A stretch of 64,000 nt of DNA from Roseibacillus sp. (GCA_965242925.1 CBDEUM010000013.1:1-64000); one strand, 5' to 3'; counted from the stretch's first letter, positions 1 to 10,027 are shown. The notes: a model not told the origin generated them from the letters alone. A program made the numbers and translations.

Positions 1-24
1 CCGTGGTTGTTTAATGATGTTCCC

Positions 25-3000
25 ATGAAACTCTCTCTCCCCCTTTTTCTTTTCCCGCTGCTCTTCGCCTTTTTCACCCCAGCCGCCAACGCTGAAGGAA
101 CTTTGGCCGGGGCCTTCGGCAACCGCCGCGTGCTTCTCATCGGCATCGACGGCGTGCGCTCGGATGCCATGCAGGCGGCAGACACGCCAAACATGGATGC
201 GCTGAGCGCAGTCGGCGCAGTCAGCTATGACGCCTTCGCCGGAGGCATTCCCGGCACCGCCACCCAGCAGGTCACCTCCTCAGGCCCGGGCTGGTCAAGC
301 ATCCTGACAGGCACCTGGACAAACCGGCACGGTGTCACCAACAACAGTTTCAGCGGCGACAACTATGAGAATTACCCGCATTTTTTCAGGCGGATCAAGG
401 AGGTGAATTCCGCCGCCTGCACCGCCTCTATTGTGCAGTGGTCACCAATCGACACCTATATCGTCGGTGCGGTCGACGCCTACACTGACCACCGGGCCAC
501 CGCCGGGGGCGGACAATCGGTTGCCAATCAGGCCAGCGCATATCTTGCCGACAACAACCCCGACGTGATGATGCTCCACTTTGATGATGTCGATCATGCC
601 GGCCACAGCTCAGGCTTCAGAGCGACCAGCCCCGCCTACCTCGCAGCCATTGCCAAAGTCGATGACCAGATCGGCGAGGTGATAGACGCCATTGAAGCGC
701 GACCGAACTTTGCCGCCGAGGATTGGCTCGTCATCATCACCACCGACCACGGCGGCCTCGGCACAAGCCATGGTGGCCAGTCTGCCGATGAGCGCACGAT
801 TTTCTTCATCGCCAGTGGTGGTGCCATAGCGAATCGCATCATCTCCCCGGGTCCCGGCATGACTGCCCCGCCGCCGACCGCCTTCAGGCACCTCGGCGTT
901 GCCATTGATTCCGCCTGGGGCTGGGAGAGCGAACCCTTCGGCTTCCCCCCTTTCTGCCTTGACGGGCTGACCTGCACGACCGATCCCGATGATCAAACAG
1001 TCACCCTCGGCTGGAATGCGCCGGAAGAAATCGATGCAGCGGGAATCAGGATTGAGCGCAATGGAACACCAATCGCCACCCTGCCGCTGGACGCGACAAC
1101 CTACCTTGACTCACCACCGGCAGTCGGTGCCGGGCTCAACAGTTTCGAATACACCGTTCATACCTATGGCGGTGCCGAGGGTGATTCCTGCCCGGTTCGC
1201 TCCTGCACTGCCGAGTTCTTCGACGGTGATCTCACCACCGATCTCATCGTACATCTCCGGCTTGACGGAGATGCGACCGATTCCTCAGGCCAGGCCAACA
1301 ACGCAACCGCCAGCGGAGCCGTCACCTATCCCTCCGGCGGAGTCAACCAGTACGCGCAATTCAACGCCGCCAACGAACATGTCTCGCTGGATTCCCCGGC
1401 AGCTCTCGACTTCGGCAGCAGTAATGACTTCAGCGTTTCACTCCTGCTGCGCTCTTCAAACAGCTTCACCACGGACAATGCCGTTGCCTCCAACAAAAAC
1501 TGGGCCAGTGGCAACAACCCCGGATGGGTGATCGCGGTCAACACCAACGGCAGCTGGCAATGGAATATTGGTGATGGCAGCAACCGACTCGACTACGACA
1601 GTCCCGGGGGGCTGCTTTACGACGGCTCCTGGCACCACGTTACCGCCGTGCATGACCGGGATGGATCCGCACAACTCTACTTCGATGGAGTGCTTGTCAG
1701 TGAGCTCGGCATGGCGGCAATCGGCAACATCAATGGGCTCGCGACAGCCCTCGCGACCGACGGCACTCTTGCCTACCCGAGTTTTCCGGGCTGTCTTGAT
1801 GAATTCCGCATTTGGCGCAGGAAACTTCTTCCCACTGAGGTAGCTGAGCTTCATTCAGAATTTTCCATCAAGCGCTGCCCGGCAAATCTCACCTGTGTCA
1901 TCAACCTGCCCGGTGAAGTCACGCTCAGCTGGAACTCCGCAAACAACCTCGCCGCGACCGGTTTTGAAATCCTGCGTGATGGCACCAGCATCGCCACCCT
2001 GCCGATCACTGCCACAACCTTCACCGACTCCCAGGCGGGCGGCGACAACCACACCTACACGCTGCGTGTCCTCGGTGAGGACGCCGCTGATTGTCCCGAC
2101 CTGACCTGCGTCAGCAACACCGGGGTCTCCCCTGATGGCCTGATTGCCTATTATGACTTCAACTCGGACACCGTCGCTGACACCTCGGATGCGCTCGGCG
2201 GCAGCGCCTCGACCAACGATGGCTCGTGGACCGGAACCGCCGTCTACAAGGACGGCGCCTTCGGCCGCGCGGTAGAGGTCGGTGATGGGGCCGGATCCAA
2301 CTTTATCACCACAAGCGGGGCAGAATATGAATTCGGAACGGCTACCAGCTTCACCGTGGTCTACTGGCTCAACACCGAGAATGCCATCCCCGGCGACCCG
2401 GCACTCATTGCCGGCGGCGGCAAGAACTGGTCGGTAACCGGCGGCTCGCTCGGCTGGGTCTCGGCGATTGCCGGCGATGACCTCGACGCCAACATCGGCG
2501 ACGGCTCGAACCGCGGCGACGCGGCGACGATCGACATCGACCACGACACCTACTGGGCCAACCGGGGAGAGCCGGGGGATCACTGGAACTTCGTTGCCAT
2601 GGTCATCGACCGCGACGCGCAGACCCTCACCAACTACGCTGCTGACGAGTGGGTCACCGTGTCCGGCACCTCCTGGGCATCGGGAGTCACGGGCCAGGAC
2701 TTTGGACAGGATTCCTCCTCCCCGACCACTGATTCAGATATCTCCAATGTGGGTGATCTCACGGCAGGAAATCTCGACATCGTCATGGGACAGGACGGCG
2801 ACGGGGCCGGCTACAGCCTGCCCGCCTCCGGCCTTGATGACGTCTCGATCTGGAACCGTGCTCTCACCCGGTCCGAGCTGTGGGAAATTTACGCCGAGGG
2901 ACGCTCCAATGCCAGGTCGCTTGGGGACATCATCGCGGCCAGGACTCCCGAACTCGAACTTGAGATCACTGCCATCGCATTCACCGCACCCGACCAAATA

Positions 3001-3183
3001 ACACTGACTTTCAACGGCAAACCCGGAGGAACCCTTGCCCTGTTTGCCTCAAATGATCTCAAGGACTGGACGGAGATTGACGACAACGTAATCGCAACAG
3101 GCCTGGAATCCATCCATGAGTTTTCAGATCCAGAGGCCCCCTTACAGGATCTCCGCTTCTACCGATTGCAGGAAATCGATTAG
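25..3183 (+). CDS. Secreted alkaline-phosphatase-superfamily (type I phosphodiesterase/nucleotide pyrophosphatase) enzyme with two FN3-like + LamG modules and a C-terminal sorting-like domain
   Basis: Signal peptide from ATG at 25 (MKLSLPLFLF...ANA). Motifs LLIGIDGVRSD, TSSGPGWSSILTG, HFDDVDHAGH, IITTDHGG. Two LamG-like segments (WHHV...YFDG...LDEFRIW; LDDVSIWNRAL). Confidence 0.85.
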   Translation: MKLSLPLFLFPLLFAFFTPAANAEGTLAGAFGNRRVLLIGIDGVRSDAMQAADTPNMDALSAVGAVSYDAFAGGIPGTATQQVTSSGPGWSSILTGTWTNRHGVTNNSFSGDNYENYPHFFRRIKEVNSAACTASIVQWSPIDTYIVGAVDAYTDHRATAGGGQSVANQASAYLADNNPDVMMLHFDDVDHAGHSSGFRATSPAYLAAIAKVDDQIGEVIDAIEARPNFAAEDWLVIITTDHGGLGTSHGGQSADERTIFFIASGGAIANRIISPGPGMTAPPPTAFRHLGVAIDSAWGWESEPFGFPPFCLDGLTCTTDPDDQTVTLGWNAPEEIDAAGIRIERNGTPIATLPLDATTYLDSPPAVGAGLNSFEYTVHTYGGAEGDSCPVRSCTAEFFDGDLTTDLIVHLRLDGDATDSSGQANNATASGAVTYPSGGVNQYAQFNAANEHVSLDSPAALDFGSSNDFSVSLLLRSSNSFTTDNAVASNKNWASGNNPGWVIAVNTNGSWQWNIGDGSNRLDYDSPGGLLYDGSWHHVTAVHDRDGSAQLYFDGVLVSELGMAAIGNINGLATALATDGTLAYPSFPGCLDEFRIWRRKLLPTEVAELHSEFSIKRCPANLTCVINLPGEVTLSWNSANNLAATGFEILRDGTSIATLPITATTFTDSQAGGDNHTYTLRVLGEDAADCPDLTCVSNTGVSPDGLIAYYDFNSDTVADTSDALGGSASTNDGSWTGTAVYKDGAFGRAVEVGDGAGSNFITTSGAEYEFGTATSFTVVYWLNTENAIPGDPALIAGGGKNWSVTGGSLGWVSAIAGDDLDANIGDGSNRGDAATIDIDHDTYWANRGEPGDHWNFVAMVIDRDAQTLTNYAADEWVTVSGTSWASGVTGQDFGQDSSSPTTDSDISNVGDLTAGNLDIVMGQDGDGAGYSLPASGLDDVSIWNRALTRSELWEIYAEGRSNARSLGDIIAARTPELELEITAIAFTAPDQITLTFNGKPGGTLALFASNDLKDWTEIDDNVIATGLESIHEFSDPEAPLQDLRFYRLQEID

Positions 3184-3228
3184 AGTCGGCCGCTTAACGC
3201 TGGCCCGATTTTCCATCATAAAGGCACA

Positions 3229-3419
3229 ATGAATCCACGTGCATTCATCAGCGCGAAGCCAAGTTCACGCCCGTTGTTTCTCGCACTGGTTCTCCTCGCC
3301 CTGGCAGTTCCCCCAGCAAGCGCCTTTGAGACAATCACTTTTCCCTCATCCGACGGACTGGAAATCACGGCAGACCGGTATTTACTCGACGATGATCCCC
3401 AACGGCCGTGGATCGCAAT
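3229..3419 (+). pseudogene. 5' remnant of a secreted alpha/beta-hydrolase (dienelactone-hydrolase-like) gene
   Basis: Signal peptide followed by FETITFPSSDGLEITADRY, typical of an alpha/beta-hydrolase N-terminus. The resemblance stops where the convergent Fe-S oxidoreductase gene ends (3420); the rest of the ORF is antisense shadow. Confidence 0.6.
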
Positions 3420-5540
3420 TCATTCGGTGGGCGCGTCCTCAGGCTTAGAATTCTTGATCGCCTCGGCAAGCAATTCCGCGACGTCAATCGTTTTGATTTC
3501 CGGCGCGCTGGCGGCCAGGCCATCGCCGACCATCGTGAGGCAAAACGGACAGGAGACCGCGACCGTTTGCGCCCCGGTTTCGACCGCTTCACGGACCCGT
3601 CCGATCCCTATCCGTTCGTCCACCGCGTCGTCAAACCACATCCGGCCCCCACCGGCCCCGCAGCACGCGGTCCTGCAACGGTTGCGCTCCATTTCCACCA
3701 GCGATTCAGGCCCCGCTGCGACCTCGATCAACGTCCGCGGCTCCTCGCTGATCCCGTTGGCACGGGCGAGGTAACACGGATCGTGAAAGGTGATGCTCCC
3801 CTTCTTTCCCTCCCGCAGATTCGCCTTCGAATCCACCACCAGGCTGCCGTCGAGAACCAACTGGGAGAGCAGTTGGGTATGGTGCATCACTTCGTAATCG
3901 CCTCCAAACTGAGGGTAGTCCTTCTTGAAGCTGTTGAGACAATGCGGACAGTGCGTGACGATCTTGCGGACCTTGTACTTCACGAGAGTCTTCACGTTCT
4001 CCCCGGCGAGTTCCTGGAAGAGAAACTCGTCTCCCATGCGGCGGGCCGACTCGCCATTACAACGCTCTTCCGGACCGAGCGTCGCGTAATTGACCCCCGC
4101 GATCTCAAGCAACTTCACCACCGCCCGCGCCACCTTTTGCGCCCGGCGGTCGTAGGAAGCCGCACAACCAATCCAGTAGAGCACTTCGAACTCCGGGTTG
4201 GTAAGGACGGTAGCTACCTCCAGCCCTTCCGCCCAATCGAAGCGGTCCTGCTTTGGCAATCCCCACGGATTTCCAGAGCGCTGCACCTTCTGCAGCGCGG
4301 CCGCGGGCGGACCGCTGAGCGCTCCCTCCCCGATCAAAAAGCGACGCATATCGGTGATCAACCCGACCGGATCGACAGCCAAGGGACAGACGTCAGTACA
4401 CGCCTGGCAGGTCGTGCAGGACCAGAGGCTCTCGGGCTTGATTACCTCGCCGTGAAGACCCGGGCCCTCAGGTTCTCCATGGCTCATCCTCGGGCCGACC
4501 GCATTCAGGGACCGCCACAAATCCTGTACCACATCCCGCGGCGAAAGCGGCTTGCCGGCTTCGAACGCGGGACAGGCGTCCTCGCACCGGCCGCAGGAGA
4601 CGCAGGCATCAAGCGACAGAAGTTGCCGGCGCGTCAGGTCCTGCAACCGCTCCACGCCGACCTTCCCGGTTTCTTCAAGCTCTTCAAGGGTGACCGGCTC
4701 CAGGCGGCCCAGGTTTTTCTCGGCGGTGGCGAGGTTGAGCCCGCCTGCGATGACGTGCAGCAGGCGGGTATATGGGAAGGCGGCAATGATTCCGAACACC
4801 AGGATGGCGTGCACCCACCAGAGCACGAGATGGATCGGGTCGGCATTCGCCTCGCTCACTCCTGCCGCAATAAAGAGCTTCGACACTCCAAATCCGACGA
4901 AGGACAACTCGGGATGGGGTGTGGATTCCCGGATGATGCGGAGAGCCTCGACGAAGTAACCGGTCAGCCCGATCGCGAGGAACGAAACAATCACAACCCA
5001 GTCGAGCACGTTGTGGCCAATGCTGGTTTTGGCAGCACGGAGGCGGCGCCGGATGAACCACACACAACCAGCCAGGAAAAAGAGTCCAAAGAAATCGAGG
5101 GCGACCTCGTAGATCGCAAAGTAGAGCCCCTTGTGGAAGAGCGGGTCGCGTGCCCCGCGGCCGAGGATCAGCGAGGCATATTCCTCGATTCCAACCAGGA
5201 TGGTACCCACGAAGAGCACCGAGAACCCCCAGAACATCAGTGCGTGCATGGCTCCGGCTCGACGCTTGGTGCGGCGCACCGTGCGCTGCGTCATCACCTT
5301 GGCCCAGAACCCGCGCACTCCAGCTCTCCAGTCGACCTTGGACTTGGAAGGGCGGCCCATCCGCCAGAGCCTAATCCGGCGCCAGACTCCCCAGGCAAAG
5401 ATGCCCAGCGACAGGAACGCCAGGCCGTAAAAGATCAGTTTGGAAACGGAATTGACGTTTCCAAAAATCTCGCGCGTCAACTGCTCGTCGCTGGCGACCA
5501 GCCCGAGTACGGACGCAAGTTGCTCAAAGTTCGCCGCCAA
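3420..5540 (-). CDS. Membrane-bound Fe-S oxidoreductase, FadF/EtfD (HdrD-like) family
   Basis: Multi-TM N-terminus with His residues. Two ferredoxin motifs (CVSCGRCEDACP, CTTCQACTDVCP) and two CCG domains (YWIGC/ERCNG/HCPHC; HDPCYL/CCGAGG/SCPFC). Overlaps the etfA stop. Confidence 0.9.
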   Translation of the reverse strand: MAANFEQLASVLGLVASDEQLTREIFGNVNSVSKLIFYGLAFLSLGIFAWGVWRRIRLWRMGRPSKSKVDWRAGVRGFWAKVMTQRTVRRTKRRAGAMHALMFWGFSVLFVGTILVGIEEYASLILGRGARDPLFHKGLYFAIYEVALDFFGLFFLAGCVWFIRRRLRAAKTSIGHNVLDWVVIVSFLAIGLTGYFVEALRIIRESTPHPELSFVGFGVSKLFIAAGVSEANADPIHLVLWWVHAILVFGIIAAFPYTRLLHVIAGGLNLATAEKNLGRLEPVTLEELEETGKVGVERLQDLTRRQLLSLDACVSCGRCEDACPAFEAGKPLSPRDVVQDLWRSLNAVGPRMSHGEPEGPGLHGEVIKPESLWSCTTCQACTDVCPLAVDPVGLITDMRRFLIGEGALSGPPAAALQKVQRSGNPWGLPKQDRFDWAEGLEVATVLTNPEFEVLYWIGCAASYDRRAQKVARAVVKLLEIAGVNYATLGPEERCNGESARRMGDEFLFQELAGENVKTLVKYKVRKIVTHCPHCLNSFKKDYPQFGGDYEVMHHTQLLSQLVLDGSLVVDSKANLREGKKGSITFHDPCYLARANGISEEPRTLIEVAAGPESLVEMERNRCRTACCGAGGGRMWFDDAVDERIGIGRVREAVETGAQTVAVSCPFCLTMVGDGLAASAPEIKTIDVAELLAEAIKNSKPEDAPTE

Positions 5541-6492
5541 GGGTCTCGATCAGTTCCGGGACAACTTCATAGGCATCGCCAACCAATCCATAGTCGGCAA
5601 ATTCAAAGATCGGAGCCTCAGGATCACTGTTGATGGCCGCCACTACTTTCGAGTTCTTCATCCCGGCCAGGTGCTGCACCGCACCGGAAATCCCGATCGC
5701 GAGGTAGAGATCGGGCGCCACGATCTTTCCGGTCTGCCCAACTTGCAACTCGTTCGGCGTGATCCCGGCGTCGACCAGCGCACGGGAACTCCCGGTCCCG
5801 GCTCCCACCCGATCCGCGAGGCCTCCGATCAGGCGTTCGAAATCGGCACTGTCCCGGATGGCGCGGCCGCCCGAGATCACAATGGCGGCCTCGGTCACAT
5901 CCGGACGTGCCCCCGACTTGGTGCCCACCGATTCGAATCGAATCTGGTTCGGCAGGGAGGCTTCCTCGACTTGCAGCAGGGTGACCTTGCCAGGATCTCT
6001 CCCGGGTTCGGCGGGGTCAAAGGCGGACGGAAGGGCGGTTACAATCAGGGGATCACCTTCCAGCGCAATCCAGGCGCCCACCCCCCCGGCGAACATGGCG
6101 CGTCTCCACGCCAGGACTCCGTCCCTCATCTCGCAGTCCGAAACATCGGCAGCCATCGCACCTCCCAGCAATCCGGCCGCACGTCCCACGCAATCCTTCC
6201 CCCACGAGGTGGAAGCGCCAACCACCAGTCCGGCTCCGCTGTCGTGAGCCGCACGGACGATGACCGCCGCGGCACGGTCGGCGGTGCAGTGCTCCAATCC
6301 CAGCGAGTCTGCGCAATGCACCGGGGCGTAGGCGCACGCCTCCTGTGCGACGGAATCGATCTCGTGTCCCATCACGAGCAGTTCGATTTCCCCATCCGTG
6401 CATGCCGCCGCCTCACGTGCGAGCGTCAGGGCACTGCGGCTGGCAAGACGCAGGCCGCGTTCGTCATGTTCGAGAACTACGAGTATTCGCAT
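5524..6492 (-). CDS. etfA: Electron transfer flavoprotein alpha subunit
   Basis: [56 protein letters not shown]. Confidence 0.95.
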   Translation of the reverse strand: MRILVVLEHDERGLRLASRSALTLAREAAACTDGEIELLVMGHEIDSVAQEACAYAPVHCADSLGLEHCTADRAAAVIVRAAHDSGAGLVVGASTSWGKDCVGRAAGLLGGAMAADVSDCEMRDGVLAWRRAMFAGGVGAWIALEGDPLIVTALPSAFDPAEPGRDPGKVTLLQVEEASLPNQIRFESVGTKSGARPDVTEAAIVISGGRAIRDSADFERLIGGLADRVGAGTGSSRALVDAGITPNELQVGQTGKIVAPDLYLAIGISGAVQHLAGMKNSKVVAAINSDPEAPIFEFADYGLVGDAYEVVPELIETLGGEL

Positions 6493-6501
6493 GGCTGCTT
6501 G

Positions 6502-7263
6502 TTAGAGGACGCCGGCTTCGTCGCGCAGCTTGGCCACCAGTTCCGCCGTGCTGGAAACCTGAACGCAATTTCGCTTCGAGACCAGGGGCTCCATTTCGAG
6601 AATCCGGACCCGCGGCTCGATCGCGACTCCGAGCTCCGCACAAGACACGCGGTCGACCGGTTTGCGCTTGGCCTTCATGATGGCCGGGAGCGACGCGTAG
6701 CGCGGCTCGTTCAGCCGCAGGTCGGCCGTGATGACAGCGGGCAGCTCCATGGAGACCGCCTCGATTCCCATGTCCGTCTCACGGGTCACGTGCACCCGGC
6801 CGGCGTCAAACCCGATTTTCGAAGCGAAGGTCGCCTGGGGCCAATCGAGGAGAGCCGCGAGAAACTGTCCGGCCTGGTTGCTGTCATCATCCACCGCCTG
6901 CTTGCCCATCAGGATCAATTCGCATTGCTCGCGCTCTACCACGGCCAGAAGAATCCGCGCCACGTTCCACGGATCGGGCGCGGTGTCGCATTCGACCAGG
7001 AGGGCCCGATCGGCGCCCATGGCCATCGCGGTGCGCAATTCCTTTTCGTAAGCCTCCCCACCGATTCCCACCGCCACGACCTCCACCTCGTCGGCCCCGG
7101 CGCGGTTCTCGTCGCGGATGCGCAGGGCCTCTTCGATCGCAATGGCGTCGAAGGGGTTGACCACGAAAGGCAGCTCATCTTCTGCGATGGCCTGCCCCGA
7201 CGCCGCGATTCGAATACGCTGGTCGGGGTCCGGGACTCGCTTGGTTGGAACAAGGATCTTCAT
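6502..7263 (-). CDS. etfB: Electron transfer flavoprotein beta subunit
   Basis: MKILVPTKRVPD, NPFDAIAIEEA, AMGADRA, GKQAVDDD, LNEPRYASL. Confidence 0.95.
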   Translation of the reverse strand: MKILVPTKRVPDPDQRIRIAASGQAIAEDELPFVVNPFDAIAIEEALRIRDENRAGADEVEVVAVGIGGEAYEKELRTAMAMGADRALLVECDTAPDPWNVARILLAVVEREQCELILMGKQAVDDDSNQAGQFLAALLDWPQATFASKIGFDAGRVHVTRETDMGIEAVSMELPAVITADLRLNEPRYASLPAIMKAKRKPVDRVSCAELGVAIEPRVRILEMEPLVSKRNCVQVSSTAELVAKLRDEAGVL

Positions 7264-7272
7264 CGGAAATTG

Positions 7273-9750
7273 TCAGGAGAGAATGCGCTCCCGCTTGGGA
7301 TCGTAGAGACACTGGTCGTGCCGGGTGACCTGGATTTCGCGTCCGAAGGCCTCAATGACATAGTCGGAGTGGACGGCCTCCGTGGGTGGCAAGTAGGCAA
7401 AGGCGATTGTCTTGCCGATGGTATGGCCGAATCCGCCGCTCGTGACAATCCCCAGCACCTCCCCTTCGCGGGAAATCGGCTCCGACCCGTAGAGTTCGAC
7501 TTCTTCTTCGAGAGTGAAGAAGCACATGCGCCAGGCGGGCCCCTCTTTCACAATCTTCGCCAGGGCACTACGCCCGATGAAGTCCTTCTTCTTCAGGTGG
7601 ACGTTGAACCCCAACCCGGCGTCGTAAGGCGTGTAGTCGGTGGTGAGGTCGCCGCTCCAATAGAAGTAACCCTTCTCGAGACGACAGGACTCGAGGGCGC
7701 GGTAGCCGGCGTCGGCAATCCCGAATTCCTCCCCGGCTTCCCAGAGCTTCTCGTAGACATAGGCGGTGTACTCGACCGGAATGTGCAGTTCCCATCCGAG
7801 TTCGCCATGATAACTGACCCGCAGCGCGAGGGCCGGTGCCGAACCGATGTAAATTTCCCGGCCGGTGCCGAACGCGAAGCCCTCGTTACTGACATCCTCC
7901 CTGGTGACCTTCTCCAACACCTGCCGTGCCCTGGGGCCGCAGAGATTCAGGACCCCGCGGGACGAGGTCACGTCGTAGGCAACAACCGCCTGGCCTGGTT
8001 CGATGTGGTTCACAATCCAGCTCAGGTCGTGGGCGGCAAAGGTCGTCCCGGTCACGAGATAGAACTCTTCCTCCCCGGTGCGCGAGATGGTCAGGTCACA
8101 CTCGATGCCACCTTTCCCATTGCACATCTGGGTGTAGGCGAGGCTACCGGGCGGGCGAGCGATGTTCCGTGTTGCAAGTCGTTGCAGGAGGGCGAGCGCA
8201 TCCGGCCCCCGCACCTCGATCTTGCCAAAGGAAGTCTGGTCGATGAGGGCGACCTTCTCGCGGATCGCCTTCACCTCCCGCCCGACGTGCTCGTGCCAGT
8301 TTGGACGGCCCCACGCCATGATTTCCTCGGGCTCGATTCCCTCCGGAGCGAACCACTGGGCCCGTTCCCAGCCGCTTTTCTCACCAAAGGCGGCCCGCTT
8401 TTGCTCAAGCACGTGGTAGAGCGGACTACGTCGCAGCGAACGCTCGTTCTGGTTGTGATAGTGCGGCCACGAAATCTTGTAGTGCTTCGAGTAGTGCTCC
8501 CGGCTTCGCTCTGCCACGAAATGGGAACTCCGATTGTGGCGGCTGCCAAAGCGCCGAATATCGAGGGCGTAGATATCGAGGCTTGGTTCACCGTCGAGGA
8601 CCCACTCCGCGATCATCCGGCCGCTCCCGCCCGCCCCCGCAATCCCGAAACAGTTCATGCCGGTCGCGACGAAAAAATTGGGAATCTCCACCGACGGCCC
8701 GAGCAGGAAATTCCCATCCGGGGTGTAGGCATCCGGTCCGTTGATAAGCTGCTTCACGCCCGCCGTTTCGAGGCATGGTGTGCGCTTCAATGCCGGGTTG
8801 AATAGAAACTCGAACTGGTCGAAGTCCGGTTCCAGCAGTTGCGTCACGAAGTCCCACGGGATGTCGTCCACCTTCCACAGGATCGGCTCGGTTTCGAATC
8901 CCCCCATGATCAATCCCCCGACTTCGCTCCGGTAGTAGACGAAATTATCCGGGTCGCGCGTGACGGGAAGATCGCGAGCCACCCCCTTGATTTCCTCGGT
9001 GACCATGTACTGGTGCTCGAAGGAAGCTACCGGCACGTTCGCTCCGGCCATCTTCCCCACCCGTCGGGCCCACATCCCGGTGCAGTTCACCACCGTCTCG
9101 CAGGCGATGTTCCCCTTTTCGGTCTGGACTTCCGTGACGCGTCCCTTGCTCACGGTAAATCCGGTCACCCGGGTGTTGCGGATGATTCGTCCTCCGTTCG
9201 TCCGGCCTCCCTTGGCCAGCGCCTGGGTGAGCATGGAGGGATCCGCGTAGCCGTCGGTCGGCAGGAAGACCCCGCCATGCACACCGGCAGGATCCATGAT
9301 GGGAAACAAATCCGCGCACTCCTTGGTGCTCAGGGTGTGAATATCCAATCCAAAGCCCAATCCCATGGTGGCCGATTTTCGGAGCTCCTCCATGCGCGCC
9401 TCCGAGGAAGCCAGGCGCAGGCCGCCCACTCCGCTCCAACCGGTCGATTGTCCCGTCTCCGCTTCCAGCCCCTGGTAGAGTTCGACGCTGTACTGGATCA
9501 TGCGGGTCAGGTTGCGCGACGGTCGCAGTTGCCCGACCAATCCCGCGGCATGCCAGGTCGCGCCGCTCGTCAGTTCGTTCTTGTCCAGCAGGATGACGTC
9601 CTTGCATCCCATTTTGGTCAGGTGGTAGAGGACGCTGCAGCCTACCACTCCCCCACCCACGATCACCACTTGGGCCGAGGACGGAAAGCTGTCCTTACTG
9701 CCGGAGGACTCGGAACTTGATGTGCGGTTCGCTGCGTCAGCCTCTGCCAT
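7273..9750 (-). CDS. GcvT-family FAD-dependent oxidoreductase (sarcosine/dimethylglycine dehydrogenase-like; DAO + folate-binding GcvT domains)
   Basis: GGGVVGCS Rossmann motif, TSGATWHAAG covalent-FAD His motif, YTPDG, GWERAQWF, GELGWELH, RLEKGY; 825 aa. Confidence 0.9.
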   Translation of the reverse strand: MAEADAANRTSSSESSGSKDSFPSSAQVVIVGGGVVGCSVLYHLTKMGCKDVILLDKNELTSGATWHAAGLVGQLRPSRNLTRMIQYSVELYQGLEAETGQSTGWSGVGGLRLASSEARMEELRKSATMGLGFGLDIHTLSTKECADLFPIMDPAGVHGGVFLPTDGYADPSMLTQALAKGGRTNGGRIIRNTRVTGFTVSKGRVTEVQTEKGNIACETVVNCTGMWARRVGKMAGANVPVASFEHQYMVTEEIKGVARDLPVTRDPDNFVYYRSEVGGLIMGGFETEPILWKVDDIPWDFVTQLLEPDFDQFEFLFNPALKRTPCLETAGVKQLINGPDAYTPDGNFLLGPSVEIPNFFVATGMNCFGIAGAGGSGRMIAEWVLDGEPSLDIYALDIRRFGSRHNRSSHFVAERSREHYSKHYKISWPHYHNQNERSLRRSPLYHVLEQKRAAFGEKSGWERAQWFAPEGIEPEEIMAWGRPNWHEHVGREVKAIREKVALIDQTSFGKIEVRGPDALALLQRLATRNIARPPGSLAYTQMCNGKGGIECDLTISRTGEEEFYLVTGTTFAAHDLSWIVNHIEPGQAVVAYDVTSSRGVLNLCGPRARQVLEKVTREDVSNEGFAFGTGREIYIGSAPALALRVSYHGELGWELHIPVEYTAYVYEKLWEAGEEFGIADAGYRALESCRLEKGYFYWSGDLTTDYTPYDAGLGFNVHLKKKDFIGRSALAKIVKEGPAWRMCFFTLEEEVELYGSEPISREGEVLGIVTSGGFGHTIGKTIAFAYLPPTEAVHSDYVIEAFGREIQVTRHDQCLYDPKRERILS

Positions 9751-9990
9751 TCATCTGATCCTAACGGGTTCGCCGCAGTCTTGCAGGTTGCCAATCACCC
9801 CGCCAAGGTATTTATGCAATGATGCCCTCGTTAGTTTCCACGCCATTGACACCCCCAACCTCAAGGCGGATGTCACCCCACCGGTGGCGTCTCGGGACAA
9901 CACCCGAACCGGTGGATCTCAAGTATTCTGACTTCTCTCCCCACCCTGCAATCCCTCGCCATAAGGGCACCCCCTGCCCCACCAGCTGTC

Positions 9991-10018
9991 TTGCCAAGTC
10001 TCTCTCATCGCGTAGAAT
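9991..10018 (+). promoter_or_regulatory. Sigma70-type promoter upstream of the tRNA remnant
   Basis: TTGCCA (9991-9996), 16-bp spacer, TAGAAT (10013-10018); 9 nt upstream of tRNA position 1. Confidence 0.6.
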
Positions 10019-10027
10019 CCCTCCTCC

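Noticed and set aside
3408..8805. Very long plus-strand ORFs 3408-5633 and 5440-8805
   Set aside because: Antisense shadows of the well-supported FadF/ETF/GcvT genes. No motifs, and such ORFs are common in GC-rich DNA.
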